NCBI GenBank assembly: GCA_016200745.1
Contig: JACQEF010000145.1
Coordinates: forward strand, 1-34,207
Source: Chloroflexota bacterium
Lineage (GTDB): Bacteria; Chloroflexota; Limnocylindria; Limnocylindrales; CSP1-4
Length of the DNA stretch: 34,207 nucleotides
Direction: 5' to 3'
Position 1 is the stretch's first letter, and each line of letters starts with the position of its first letter. Below, in pieces: positions 1 to 9,532 of this stretch. Both the position numbers and the translations under genes were made by a program. The notes beneath the pieces were generated by a model. That model was not told the origin of the DNA. It saw only the letters and a program-made list of their open reading frames with translations, and did not search any database.

Positions 1-212
1 GTGGAACCGACGACCGGCCGGAAGCCGGCGCCGCTCCAATCGCTCGTTCACCTGGTCCCGGTCACCGTGCGTCGGGCGCCGACCTGCATCAGTCGCTCCT
101 CACAGACGCGGTCGGGGAGCGTCGACGCGCGGGGTCACTGGATCGTCACTCGCCAGTATGGCGCGGCCTCGCCGGGCGGGCGGGGCCTCACGCCATCGTG
201 CGATTCGGTGGC

Positions 213-2495
213 CTACTCGGCGGTCGCGGTCGGGGTCGCCTCGCCCGGCGTCCGCGCCAGGTGTGCCGGCCACCAGTTCCAGCGACCGAGCAGCACCACG
301 AGCGACGGCACGAGCAGCGAGCGGAGCAGGAACGTGTCCATGAGCACGCCGGCCGCGACGCCATAGCCGATCTGCTGGATCTGCCCGCCGCCACCCGACC
401 CGCCGGCCACGGCCAGCACCGCGAACGTCCCGCCGAGGATCACCCCGGCCGTGGTGATCGTGCTCCCCGTGCGGCCGATCGCCCGCGCCACCGCATCCCG
501 CAACGGCAGGCCGTGGGCCTCCTCGCGGATCCGGCTCATGATCAGGATGTTGTAGTCCGACCCGAGCGCCATCAGGAACACGAACATCAGGAACGGCAGG
601 ATGAAGCTGATCCCGTCCTGGCCGCCGAGGTGGACGAACACGATGCCGACCAGGCCGAGCGCGGCCCCGTACGACAGGACGATGCTCGCCACCAGGTAGA
701 GCGGCGCCACGGCGCTGCGCAGGACGATCGCGAGGAGGAGGGCGATGAGCACCGCGACGATCGGGATGATCCGGACCAGGTCGGTGCCCGAGATGTGGCT
801 GACGTCCGCCGCGAACGCCACCTGGCCGAACACCCCGTTGGCGGACGCGCCGGCCGCCCGTGCGACGCGGTCGACGTCGGCGCGCATCGCGGGTACCGCG
901 TCGAGCACGGCCGGGCTGGACGCGTCGCCGTTGGCGTACGCGACCGAGTACTGGACCGTGCGGCCGTCCGGGCTGATCAGCTGGCCGGTCGAGCGGTAGG
1001 CGTTGTAGACCGGCGCCGGGACCGCGGTCGTGGCCGGTTCGGCCGGGAGGTCGCGGGCCGGGCCGAGCGTGGCGTGCAGCGACGTCAGCTGGTCGGCCGT
1101 GAGCGGGAACCCGTTCGGGTTGAGCGGGCCAACGAGGCCGCTGAACTCGCGCAGTCCGGCCAGTCCCTCCTGTGCCCGGGCCAGGACCGACGGGTCGTCC
1201 CAGACCGACACCGGGAACTGCAGGAGCACCGCGCTCCGACTGGTCGTGGAGGACGGGAAATGCTCCGCGAGCTGGACCGTGCCGGCCGCGGAATCGGTGC
1301 CGGCCGGGCTCGAGGAGACGTCCCCGAACCCGGCGACGCCGGTGGTCAGGAGCGTGGCACCCAGGACGACGAACAGTGCGACGCCGGCGACCAGCGTCGT
1401 GCCCGGCCTTCGCGTGGCGGCCACGCCGTCCCACAGGCCCGTGTGCTCGTGCGTCCGAACCGAGGCACCGGTCGGCCAGAAGACCGCCCGCCCCAGGATC
1501 GCGAGGAGCGCCGGCAGCAAGGTCAGGCCCGCGACCAGCATCAGGGCGATCCCGATCGCGAGCGCCGGCCCCAGGCTCTGGTAGAACGCGAACTCGGCCA
1601 GCACCAGGCTGACCAGCGCGGCAATCACGGTGAGGGCGGAGAACGTGATCGACTCCCCCACCCGGCTGACCGAACGGATCACGGCCTCGTGCGGGGTCAG
1701 GCCGCGGCGGAGCTCCTCGCGAACGCGGAAGACGAGGAAGACCCCGTAGTCCGTCCCCGCGCCCAGGACCAGGACGATCAGCAGGAGCTGCGTGATCGAG
1801 GAAACCTGGACGCCGATCTTGGTGGCCTCGGCGATCACCGGACCCGACAGGACGAGCACGAACGCCGCCGGCACGAGCGTCACGATCGGCGCGAGCACCG
1901 CGCGGAAGGCGAGCAGCAGCAGGAGCACGATGAACAGCAGCGACAGCTGCTGGGTCTGGTCCTGCGAGGACCCGGACGCCTTGACCGTGTCGACCGCCGT
2001 GGCGAGCTGCCCGGTCAGATGGGCCTGGAGCCCCGCCGGCAGCCCGGCCGCGCCGAATGTGGCGCGGATCGCGTCGACCACGCCGCTGGCCTCGGGACCG
2101 GCGCTGAATGCGACCACCGACGCCTCGACGAGCGCCTGGCGTGCCTGCCCGTCGGCCGACACCCCCAGGTCCACGACGGCCTTGACCTGCTCGACGGACC
2201 GGATCCGCGCCTCGAGCGCGTCCACGGCGGCGTTGTCGGCCGCCGTCAGCCCGCCATCGCGCGCGACCACGAGCGTCGCCGGCGCGAGCGAGACGTCCTG
2301 GAACGGGGCCGCCATGGCCGCCGCCTGCATGCTCGGGGAGTTCGCGGGGAGGAACCCGCTGGTGGTGTCCTTCGCCACGTCGCTCAGCGACGGGAGCAGC
2401 CGGACGGCCAGGACGGTCACCACGATCCAGGCCACCACGATCGCGAACCGGAAGCGGACCGAGAATCGCCCGAGACCTGTAAAGAAGCGGCTCAT
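213..2495 (-). CDS. MMPL/RND-superfamily membrane transporter (MmpL-like), about 760 aa
   Basis: The ORF is 213..2606(-). It has two TM bundles, each followed by MMPL-type motifs (..GTDYGVFLVFRVREE.. and ..GSDYNILIMSRIREE..), with large extracytoplasmic loops between them. MSRFFTGLGRFSVRFRFAIVVAW is a typical MMPL N-terminus. I prefer the ATG at 2495 because GAAAGGA lies 5 nt upstream. The frame stays open to 2606. Confidence 0.85.
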   Translation of the reverse strand: MSRFFTGLGRFSVRFRFAIVVAWIVVTVLAVRLLPSLSDVAKDTTSGFLPANSPSMQAAAMAAPFQDVSLAPATLVVARDGGLTAADNAAVDALEARIRSVEQVKAVVDLGVSADGQARQALVEASVVAFSAGPEASGVVDAIRATFGAAGLPAGLQAHLTGQLATAVDTVKASGSSQDQTQQLSLLFIVLLLLLAFRAVLAPIVTLVPAAFVLVLSGPVIAEATKIGVQVSSITQLLLIVLVLGAGTDYGVFLVFRVREELRRGLTPHEAVIRSVSRVGESITFSALTVIAALVSLVLAEFAFYQSLGPALAIGIALMLVAGLTLLPALLAILGRAVFWPTGASVRTHEHTGLWDGVAATRRPGTTLVAGVALFVVLGATLLTTGVAGFGDVSSSPAGTDSAAGTVQLAEHFPSSTTSRSAVLLQFPVSVWDDPSVLARAQEGLAGLREFSGLVGPLNPNGFPLTADQLTSLHATLGPARDLPAEPATTAVPAPVYNAYRSTGQLISPDGRTVQYSVAYANGDASSPAVLDAVPAMRADVDRVARAAGASANGVFGQVAFAADVSHISGTDLVRIIPIVAVLIALLLAIVLRSAVAPLYLVASIVLSYGAALGLVGIVFVHLGGQDGISFILPFLMFVFLMALGSDYNILIMSRIREEAHGLPLRDAVARAIGRTGSTITTAGVILGGTFAVLAVAGGSGGGGQIQQIGYGVAAGVLMDTFLLRSLLVPSLVVLLGRWNWWPAHLARTPGEATPTATAE

Positions 2496-2745
2496 GCGGA
2501 TCCTTTCGTCAACCGTGCGCCCCTGGCGTACGGGTCGGCCCGGGACGGGCGGGCCACGCGGTCGGGGCGGGACGTTCAGGGTGGCGCGGGACGGGCGGTC
2601 CGACAACGATCGGGGCCGCGACGGCCCTAGGATGACACCGAATGCGACGATCGCGCTCTCACCGAGGTCGGCCGAGCCGGTCGATCTCCGCCGGACGGTA
2701 GGATGTGCCCTCCATGTGTGCCCTCCATGCCGGAGTGACGCCCGT

Positions 2746-2940
2746 ATGCCCGGCCTTCAGGCCATCGAGATCCTCGGCGACGCCGCCATGGCCCTCGCGC
2801 GCGACGACGGACTCGAACCGACTCTGCTCGCCATCCTCCGGCCGCTCGCCGACCGGCTCGATGTCGCGTCGGCGGCGGTGTTCAGGGTGGCGGACGCCGG
2901 GGGCCGGGCTCGGGAGGGCCCAGGCTCCACGGGCGGCTGA
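2746..2940 (+). CDS. 64-codon ORF resembling only the N-terminal part of a GAF domain (possible gene remnant)
   Basis: It runs from ATG 2746 (GGAG 10 nt upstream) to TGA 2940 and has a GC3-rich, coding-like codon pattern. LQAIEILGDAAMALARDDGLEPTLLAILRPLADRLDVASAAVFRVAD looks like the first helix and strand of GAF domains, but it then runs into a Gly/Arg tail and a stop. It is far too short for a complete GAF domain. Confidence 0.3.
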   Translation: MPGLQAIEILGDAAMALARDDGLEPTLLAILRPLADRLDVASAAVFRVADAGGRAREGPGSTGG

Positions 2941-2974
2941 CGCGTCGGCCGGCAGGCGCGGGTGGCCGCGATCG

Positions 2975-3922
2975 TCAACCCGCCGGCGCGGCGGCGGTTC
3001 GCGGAGCAGCGCGCCGCGCCACGGAGGCAAGCGCCTCGACCAAACCGGGGTCGTCGTTGAGTGACTCGATCCGCCGAAACTCCAGCCCGACGCGTTCCGC
3101 CTGCTCGCGAGCTCCGATCTCCACGTCGTACAGGATCTCGAGGTGGTCGGCCAGGAACTGCACCGGGGCGACCACCACGTGCCGGCCGCCAGACGCCGCG
3201 ATGCCGGGCATCAGGTCGGCGAAGTCCGGCGTCATCCACTCGCCGGGCTCGTGGCCGGCGCTCTGCCAGCAGAACGCCCATCGGTCGGCCGTCAGGCCGG
3301 ACGCCTCCCCCACCAGCTCGGCCGTGATCCGGAGCTGCTCGAGGTAGCCGGGCTCCTGCTCTGCCACGCGGCGCGGCAGGCTGTGGGCGGTCATGAGGAC
3401 GGGGGCGCGATCGCGTTCGTCCGGCGGCACTGCCTCGAGCGCGCGGCGGACCCGCACCGCGAGCGCGCCGATGAACGCGGGCTCGAGGTGCCAGGCGCCG
3501 GCCACCTCGACGCTCGGGGCCGCCGCTCCCAGGACCGTCCGCGCTTCCTCGATCGCCCGGGCGTAGCCGCGCATCAGCAGCGGCGAGTACTGCGGGGAGA
3601 GGATGATCGCGGCCACGTGCGAGACCCCGGCGGCCCGGAGCAACCCCAGCCCGCGCTCGATCGACGGCTCCGAGAACCGCATCCCCACCTCGACCGGCCA
3701 GCCGAGCACGTCCGAGAGCGCGGCGGCCTGACGCCGGGAGATCTCGATCAGCGGCGAGCCGCCGATGACCCGGTAGCGCCGCGTGAACTCGTCGACGAGC
3801 TCGTCATCGGGCTCGCGCCCGCCACGCACGCGCGCCAGGTACGCGCCAACGTCCTCGCGCTCGAGCGAATCGGGTGAGCCGTAGGTCATCAGGAGTGCGC
3901 CGGGTCGCGCGGACCCGGTCAC
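2975..3922 (-). CDS. hemH: ferrochelatase (coproporphyrin ferrochelatase type, CpfC/HemH), 315 aa
   Basis: Family motifs are present: ALLMTYGSP.., RYRVIGGSPL, ILSPQYS, AHSLPRRV, VQFLADHLEILYDVEI. The GTG start at 3922 overlaps the hemE stop by 4 nt (GTGA). There is no C-terminal Cys cluster, so no [2Fe-2S] extension is evident. Confidence 0.9.
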   Translation of the reverse strand: MTGSARPGALLMTYGSPDSLEREDVGAYLARVRGGREPDDELVDEFTRRYRVIGGSPLIEISRRQAAALSDVLGWPVEVGMRFSEPSIERGLGLLRAAGVSHVAAIILSPQYSPLLMRGYARAIEEARTVLGAAAPSVEVAGAWHLEPAFIGALAVRVRRALEAVPPDERDRAPVLMTAHSLPRRVAEQEPGYLEQLRITAELVGEASGLTADRWAFCWQSAGHEPGEWMTPDFADLMPGIAASGGRHVVVAPVQFLADHLEILYDVEIGAREQAERVGLEFRRIESLNDDPGLVEALASVARRAAPRTAAAPAG

Positions 3923-4806
3923 GCCGTGACTCCGGCAGGCGCAGCCGCAGCATTCGCCCCCGCCGTCTCCTCGTGGACGAAATCGACCAGCCGGCGGAGC
4001 AGGTCCGGGTCCGTCTGAGGCAGCACGCCGTGGCCGAGGTTGAACACGTGCCCAGGCCGGCCGGCCGCCTCGGCCAGGAGCGCCGCGGTCCCGGTCCCGA
4101 AGTGGATGGCCGGCGTCCCGCGCAGCGATTCGAAGACCCGCCGGACGTGTGGCTGGACGTAGGTCGCGTAGTCGGCCGGACCGAGCCCGCCGACCCAGCT
4201 ATCGAACAGCTGGACGACGTCCACGCCGGCCTCGATCTGCCCCCGCAGGTAGGCCACGATCATCGTCGTCAGCCGCTCCATCAGCTCGTGCCAGGCTGCC
4301 GGCTCGCGGTACATGAACGCCTTGGCGACCGCGAAGTCGCGCGACGGCCGGCCCTCGATCAGATAGCACGCCAGCGTGAACGGCGCGCCCGAGAACCCGA
4401 TCACGCCGGCCCGGCCGGCGAGCTCGGTGCGCACCAGGCGGATGGCGTCGAACACGAACCCGACGCCCTCGGGCTCGAAGGCCCGGAGGGCCGAGACGTC
4501 CGCCGCCGAGCGGATCGGCCGGTCGATGATCGGGCCGACCTCGGGCTCGATCCGGAGCCCGACGCCCATCGGCTCGAGCGGCAGCATGATGTCGGCGAAC
4601 AGCACGGCCGCGTCCACGCCGAGGTCGCGGACCGGCATCAGGGTCACCTCGGCGCACAGGTCCGGCGTCTTGGCCAGCTCGAGAATCGCGTAGCGCTGGC
4701 GGAGCGCGCGGTAGGCGCTGAACGAGCGGCCCGCCTGGCGCATGAACCACACGGGCGTGGCGTCCACCGGCTCGAGCCGGCAGGCCCGCAGGAAGCGATC
4801 AGTCAC
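3919..4806 (-). CDS. hemE: uroporphyrinogen decarboxylase (HemE), atypically short at 295 aa with an internal in-frame gap
   Basis: Family motifs are present: [27 protein letters not shown].., [47 protein letters not shown]. The GTG start at 4806 has GAGGAGG 7 nt upstream and overlaps the hemL stop (GTGACTGA). The ORF track extends to 4989, but that part is a read-through of hemL in another frame. The segment that normally carries G(L/V)DW and QGN(L/M)DP is absent (see findings). Confidence 0.85.
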   Translation of the reverse strand: [295 protein letters not shown]

Positions 4807-6121
4807 GTGGATCCTCCTCGAACGCCAGGCGGGCGGCGGCGACCGTCGCCCCGATCTCGGCCCGGCCGTGTGCCATGGACAGGAACCAGGCCTCGAACTG
4901 CGAGGGCGGCGGCAGGATCCCCCGGTCGAGCATTGCTCCGAAGAACCGGGCGTAGGCGTCACGGTCCGACGCAAGCGCATCGGCGGCATCGAGCGGCAGT
5001 TCGGAACGGAAGAAGACCGTCAGGAGCGGCCCGAAACGGGCGACCGAGACCGCCCGACCCGCCTCGGCCGCGGCGGCGGCGAGGCCCTCGGCGAGCTCCG
5101 TCGCGGCCGCCTCGAGCGCGACGTACCGCTCCGGCCGGAGCTCGGCCAGCGTCGCGATGCCGGCCGCCATCGACAACGGGTGGCCCGACAGCGTCCCCGC
5201 CTGGTAGACGGGGCCGGCCGGCGCGACGAGCGCCATGAGATCGGCACGGCCGCCGTAGGCGCCGATCGGCATCCCGCCGCCGATGATCTTGCCGAGCGTG
5301 GTCAGGTCCGGCCGGATCCCGAACCGCGCCTGGGCACCACCGGGCCCGACGCGGAACCCGGTGATGACCTCGTCGAACACGAGCAGGGCGTCGTCGGCGC
5401 GGGTCAGCTCGCGGATCAGCTGGAGGAACCCTGGTTCGGGCGGGATCACCCCGACGTTGGCGATCACCGGTTCGAGCACGACGGCCGCGATCCGGCCGGG
5501 ATGCCGGGCGAACGCCAGCGTGACCGCCGTGGCGTCGTTGAACGGCAGGACCATGGCCGTGGCGGCAACGGACGCCGGCACGCCGGCACTGCCGGCGATC
5601 GCCTGCGTGGCGACGCCCGAGCCGGCGTCCACGAGCAGGCCGTCCGAGTGCCCGTGGTACGCGCCGGCGAACTTCACCACGAGGTCGCGCCCGGTCGCCG
5701 CCCGGGCCAGCCGCATCGCGCTCATCACGGCCTCGGTCCCGGACGAGGTGAACCGGAGCCGCTCCATCGACGGCATCGCCCGCCGGATCGCCTCGCCCAG
5801 CTCGATCTCGAGCGGGTGCGTCGCGCCGAGGGCCAACCCGTCCGCAGTCGCCCGGCGCACCGCCTCCATCACCGCCGTGGCCGCGTGGCCCAGGATCGCC
5901 GGCCCCCACGCGCCGACGTAGTCGAGGTAGCGCCGGCCGTCCGGATCCCAGACGTACGCCCCGTCGCCGCGCTGGAGCACGATCGGCGGCCGCGCGACCG
6001 CGCGGAACGCACGGACCGGGCTGTTGACGCCTCCGGGAAACAGGCGCCCGGCGCGGGCGACCAGGTCGGCCGTGCGACGCCCCGCGGCGGCTCCGGACCC
6101 CACCGCGGCGGTCCCCGCCAT
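4799..6121 (-). CDS. hemL: glutamate-1-semialdehyde 2,1-aminomutase, 440 aa
   Basis: Family motifs are present: LFPGGVNSPVRAF.., YVWDPDGRRYLDYVGAWGPAILGH, RFTSSGTEAVMSAMRLARA, FAGAYHGHSD, VFDEVITGFRVG, LTTLGKIIGGGMP. The ATG at 6121 shares one base with the hemQ stop (TGATG). The longer ORF to 6871 is an out-of-frame read-through. Confidence 0.93.
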   Translation of the reverse strand: MAGTAAVGSGAAAGRRTADLVARAGRLFPGGVNSPVRAFRAVARPPIVLQRGDGAYVWDPDGRRYLDYVGAWGPAILGHAATAVMEAVRRATADGLALGATHPLEIELGEAIRRAMPSMERLRFTSSGTEAVMSAMRLARAATGRDLVVKFAGAYHGHSDGLLVDAGSGVATQAIAGSAGVPASVAATAMVLPFNDATAVTLAFARHPGRIAAVVLEPVIANVGVIPPEPGFLQLIRELTRADDALLVFDEVITGFRVGPGGAQARFGIRPDLTTLGKIIGGGMPIGAYGGRADLMALVAPAGPVYQAGTLSGHPLSMAAGIATLAELRPERYVALEAAATELAEGLAAAAAEAGRAVSVARFGPLLTVFFRSELPLDAADALASDRDAYARFFGAMLDRGILPPPSQFEAWFLSMAHGRAEIGATVAAARLAFEEDPRD

Positions 6122-6810
6122 CAGCCGGCCCCCAGGAGCTCGAGGATCTCGCTCAGCGGCCGGTGGATCCCCAGGATGATCGGCGTGTCGCCCACGGTGG
6201 AGCGACGGCTCTCGGTCGAACGGAGCGCCCGGACGAGGTCGCCGAAGGCGACCAGGTCGTCGGTCTCGTAGGCGACGACGAAGTCCTGCGAGTCCAGCCC
6301 GAACGAGTAGGCCAGCGCCTGGCGGACCGTCGGGTAGTCTTGGCCGACCCGCATGTGCTCGTTCATCACGCCCTGGCGGGCCTCCTTCGAGAGCAGGTAC
6401 CAATCGGTCGACTTGGTGAACGGGTAGACCACCAGGTAGCGCGACCGCTCCCCGGCGAACAGCGCCTGCTCCTGGTCGGTCGGCTTGCGGACGTACTGCG
6501 ATGGCCCGATGCGACCGACGAACGACTCGCGAACCGCCAGCCAGGTCCCGAGCCCGGCCCGGAGCAGCCCGGCCGCCGCCCGCTCCAGCGCGTCGACCGA
6601 CGGCGCCATCCGCCACAGCAGGAGGTCGACGCCGGGCTCCAGCCCGATCGACGAGTAGGCGGTGCTGCGCACCCCGTCGACACCCGCGGCGGACTCCGCC
6701 TCGGCAAACCGGCAGCCGTCGTCGTGACGCTCGTCGGGGCTGCGGCGGCGCCAGGCGGGATCCAGCCCAAGGGCGAGTGCCTGGACGTAGACCTGGTCGT
6801 CGGCGCTCAT
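6121..6810 (-). CDS. hemQ: coproheme decarboxylase (HemQ/ChdC, chlorite-dismutase-like family), 229 aa
   Basis: Family motifs are present: [77 protein letters not shown]. The ATG at 6810 overlaps the hemB stop (ATGA). Confidence 0.88.
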   Translation of the reverse strand: MSADDQVYVQALALGLDPAWRRRSPDERHDDGCRFAEAESAAGVDGVRSTAYSSIGLEPGVDLLLWRMAPSVDALERAAAGLLRAGLGTWLAVRESFVGRIGPSQYVRKPTDQEQALFAGERSRYLVVYPFTKSTDWYLLSKEARQGVMNEHMRVGQDYPTVRQALAYSFGLDSQDFVVAYETDDLVAFGDLVRALRSTESRRSTVGDTPIILGIHRPLSEILELLGAG

Positions 6811-7847
6811 CGGTCCTCCCGGAGCCAGGTCGCGAGGTCCGCGGCGGCGTACGTGATGACGATCCCGGCACCCGCCCGGACGATGGCTGTCACCGCCTCG
6901 GTCATGGCGCGCCGACCGTCCAGCCAGCCGCGCTCTGCGGCGGCCATCAGCATCGCGTACTCGCCGGACACCTGGTACGCGGCGATCGGCAGGTCGAAGC
7001 GGGCGCGCGCGGCGGCGATCAGGTCGAGTCCCGGGAGGGCCGGCTTCACCAGGAGCAGGTCGGCCCCCTCGGCGACGTCGAGCGCGATCTCGCGCATGGC
7101 CTCGCGCCCGTTGGCCGGGTCCATCTGGTAGCCCCGGCGGTCGCCGAACGCCGGCGCGCTGTCCGCAGCCTCCCGGAACGGTCCGTAGAACGCCGAGGCG
7201 TGCTTCGAGGCATAGGCCATGATCGCGATCTCGGAAAGGCCGGCGGCGTCGAGCGCCGAGCGGATCGCGGCGACCTGGCCGTCCATCATCGCGCTCGGGG
7301 CGACCACGTCGGCGCCCGCCCGGGCCTGGCTCACGGCGGTCTCGGCGAGCCGGACCAGGGCCGCGTCGTTGTCCACCGAGCCGTCGGCCGCGAGCGGGCC
7401 GCAGTGACCGTGATCGGTGTACTCGCAGAGGCACGTATCGGCGATCGCGACCAGCGGGAGGTCCAGGGCGCGGATGCGACCGAAGGTCTCCTGGACGATC
7501 CCGTCGTCGATCGAGGCGCCGGACCCGAGCGCGTCCTTGGCCTCCGGCAGACCGAACAGGAGAACCCCACCGACGCCCAGCTCCGCGAGCCGGGCGGCCT
7601 CCGCGGCCGCCTCGTCCGGCGACAGGCGGGCGACGCCCGGCATGGACGGGATCGGCTCGCGGGCGCCGCTCCCCGCCCGCACGAAGAGCGGGGCAACGAG
7701 CATCGACGGATGGAGCCTCGTCTCCTGGACCAGGGCCCGCAACGCCGGTGACCGTCGAAGACGGCGCAGCCGGACGCCGGGCGGCTCAACGGCCGCGGCG
7801 ACATCAACGTCAGCTTCGGCGGGACGCGTCCGCATCGCGAGGGTCAT
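6807..7847 (-). CDS. hemB: porphobilinogen synthase (5-aminolevulinate dehydratase), Zn-type
   Basis: Family motifs are present: [24 protein letters not shown], Cys-rich Zn site [60 protein letters not shown]. The ATG at 7847 overlaps the hemCD stop (ATGA). Confidence 0.93.
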   Translation of the reverse strand: MTLAMRTRPAEADVDVAAAVEPPGVRLRRLRRSPALRALVQETRLHPSMLVAPLFVRAGSGAREPIPSMPGVARLSPDEAAAEAARLAELGVGGVLLFGLPEAKDALGSGASIDDGIVQETFGRIRALDLPLVAIADTCLCEYTDHGHCGPLAADGSVDNDAALVRLAETAVSQARAGADVVAPSAMMDGQVAAIRSALDAAGLSEIAIMAYASKHASAFYGPFREAADSAPAFGDRRGYQMDPANGREAMREIALDVAEGADLLLVKPALPGLDLIAAARARFDLPIAAYQVSGEYAMLMAAAERGWLDGRRAMTEAVTAIVRAGAGIVITYAAADLATWLREDR

Positions 7848-9532
7848 GGAACCTCCAGGGGCTGGCCGGCGAGGGCGTGTGCCGTGGCGGCGGCGAGGGC
7901 CGCCACGTCGGGGTCGGCGGAGACGGCACGGACGGTGAAGCCTGCCGAGCGAGCGCAGTCGGCGGTCTCGGGGCCGATGCAGACCACGGGAACGTCGGTC
8001 GGGTCCAGGCCTTCGGACCGGGCGAGCGAGACCAGCCCGCGGACCGTGGAGCCACTCGTGAACACGATCGCGCCGATTCGGCCGGCGGCGAATGCCTTCG
8101 CCAGCAGCGGTCGCGACGACGCCGGCGCCTCACGGGTCCGGTACGCAACGAGGTCGTCCACGGTCGCGCCGCGCCCGCGCAGCGTCGCGGCGACCTCCGC
8201 GTCCGCGAGATCGCCCCGAACGACGAGCACCCGCTCGCCGCGCCGGACCGGGAGCTCCGCGGCGAGCGCCGCACCGTCGCTCCGGGTCGGCGTGAACGAG
8301 ACCGCGAAGCCGGCGCCGTCCAGGAGACCGGCCGTGGCGCGCCCGACCGCCGCCCAGCGGACTGCGTCGAATGTCGCCGACCCCGCGGTCGCCCGCTCGA
8401 GGACCGCGCGCACCCCGTTGGTGCTGGTGACCACGATCCAGTCGAACCCATCCCACTCCGGCTCGCCGCCGGGACGGCCGGAGGTGCCGAGCAGCTCGAC
8501 CTCGATCGCGGGGACGGAGACCGGGTCCAGGCCGCCGGCGGCCAGCGCCGCCAGCAACTCCCCGGACTGGTCGGCCGCTCGCGTGACGAGCACCCGCGGA
8601 CCGGCCGGTTCTCCGGACCGGCCCAGGGAGCCGGCCGCGACCCGCAGGTCCCGATCGAAGGCCTGGGCGAGGCCACGTGCCACGCTCGTGCCGTCCGTCG
8701 CCGGCCCGGCCCGGCGCTCGAACGCCGGGCCCGAGCCGCCCGGGCGGGCGATCGCCCCGAGCAGCGTGAGGGCGTCACCCGAGACCGTGGCCAGTGCCCC
8801 GATCGGCGCGCGACAGCCACCCCCGCAGGCCGCGAGGAACGCTCGCTCGGCCTCGACCGCGAGCCGCGTGTCCGGATCGTCGACGGCCCTGACTGCGGCG
8901 AGCACCTCCGCGTCGTCGCGCCGGACCTGGACCGCGATCGCGCCCTGCCCCGGCGCGGGCGGCACGACATCGGGATCGATCCGTTCGGCGATCCGTGCCT
9001 CGAGCCCGATCCGGTCGAGACCGGCGCAGGCGAGCACGAGGGCGTCCGTCTCGCCGGCGTCGAGCCGGCGCAGTCGGGTGTCGACGTTGCCGTGGAGCGG
9101 ATGAACGAGGAGATCGGGCCGGCGTGCGAGGACGAAGCCCGTCCGTCGCGGGCTGTCCGTTCCGACTCGCGAGCAGGGCGGCAGGTCGTCGAGCCGGCGG
9201 GCCGCCGCGTCCAGCCGCACGACGAGCGCGTCGCGCGCATCCGCGCGTGGCAAGTAGGCGCCGATGCGCAGCCGCCGGTCCTCGTCCGTCGGCACGTCCT
9301 TGGCGCTGTGCACGGCGACGTCCACGTCCCCCGCCAGGAGCGCCCGCTCGATGGCGGCCACGAACGCGCCCTCGCCCCACGCCGTGTCCGGCGCACGGCG
9401 ATCCCCGGCCGTCTCGATGATCGAGATCCGGGTCGTGCACCCCGACCGCTCGAGGGCCTCGGCCACCAGCCCGGCCTGGGCCATGGCCAGCCGGCTGCCG
9501 CGCGTGCCGATCACGACCTGCCGACCGGTCAT
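7844..9532 (-). CDS. hemCD: bifunctional hydroxymethylbilane synthase / uroporphyrinogen-III synthase (HemC-HemD fusion), 562 aa
   Basis: The N-terminal ~300 aa match HemC ([30 protein letters not shown]-like [11 protein letters not shown], cofactor Cys in [11 protein letters not shown]). The C-terminal ~250 aa match HemD ([19 protein letters not shown]...[13 protein letters not shown]...[11 protein letters not shown]). It is one uninterrupted frame. The ATG at 9532 overlaps the hemA stop (ATGA). Confidence 0.9.
   Translation of the reverse strand: MTGRQVVIGTRGSRLAMAQAGLVAEALERSGCTTRISIIETAGDRRAPDTAWGEGAFVAAIERALLAGDVDVAVHSAKDVPTDEDRRLRIGAYLPRADARDALVVRLDAAARRLDDLPPCSRVGTDSPRRTGFVLARRPDLLVHPLHGNVDTRLRRLDAGETDALVLACAGLDRIGLEARIAERIDPDVVPPAPGQGAIAVQVRRDDAEVLAAVRAVDDPDTRLAVEAERAFLAACGGGCRAPIGALATVSGDALTLLGAIARPGGSGPAFERRAGPATDGTSVARGLAQAFDRDLRVAAGSLGRSGEPAGPRVLVTRAADQSGELLAALAAGGLDPVSVPAIEVELLGTSGRPGGEPEWDGFDWIVVTSTNGVRAVLERATAGSATFDAVRWAAVGRATAGLLDGAGFAVSFTPTRSDGAALAAELPVRRGERVLVVRGDLADAEVAATLRGRGATVDDLVAYRTREAPASSRPLLAKAFAAGRIGAIVFTSGSTVRGLVSLARSEGLDPTDVPVVCIGPETADCARSAGFTVRAVSADPDVAALAAATAHALAGQPLEVP

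Noticed and set aside
1-212. A possible partial gene or terminator at the left edge, downstream of the MMPL gene (ORF 1..366 +).
   Set aside because: The plus-strand ORF would overlap the MMPL 3' end by about 150 nt and has no recognisable motifs. On the minus strand, only a 13-codon ORF follows a GAGGAG. No clean hairpin was found, so I left the region unannotated.
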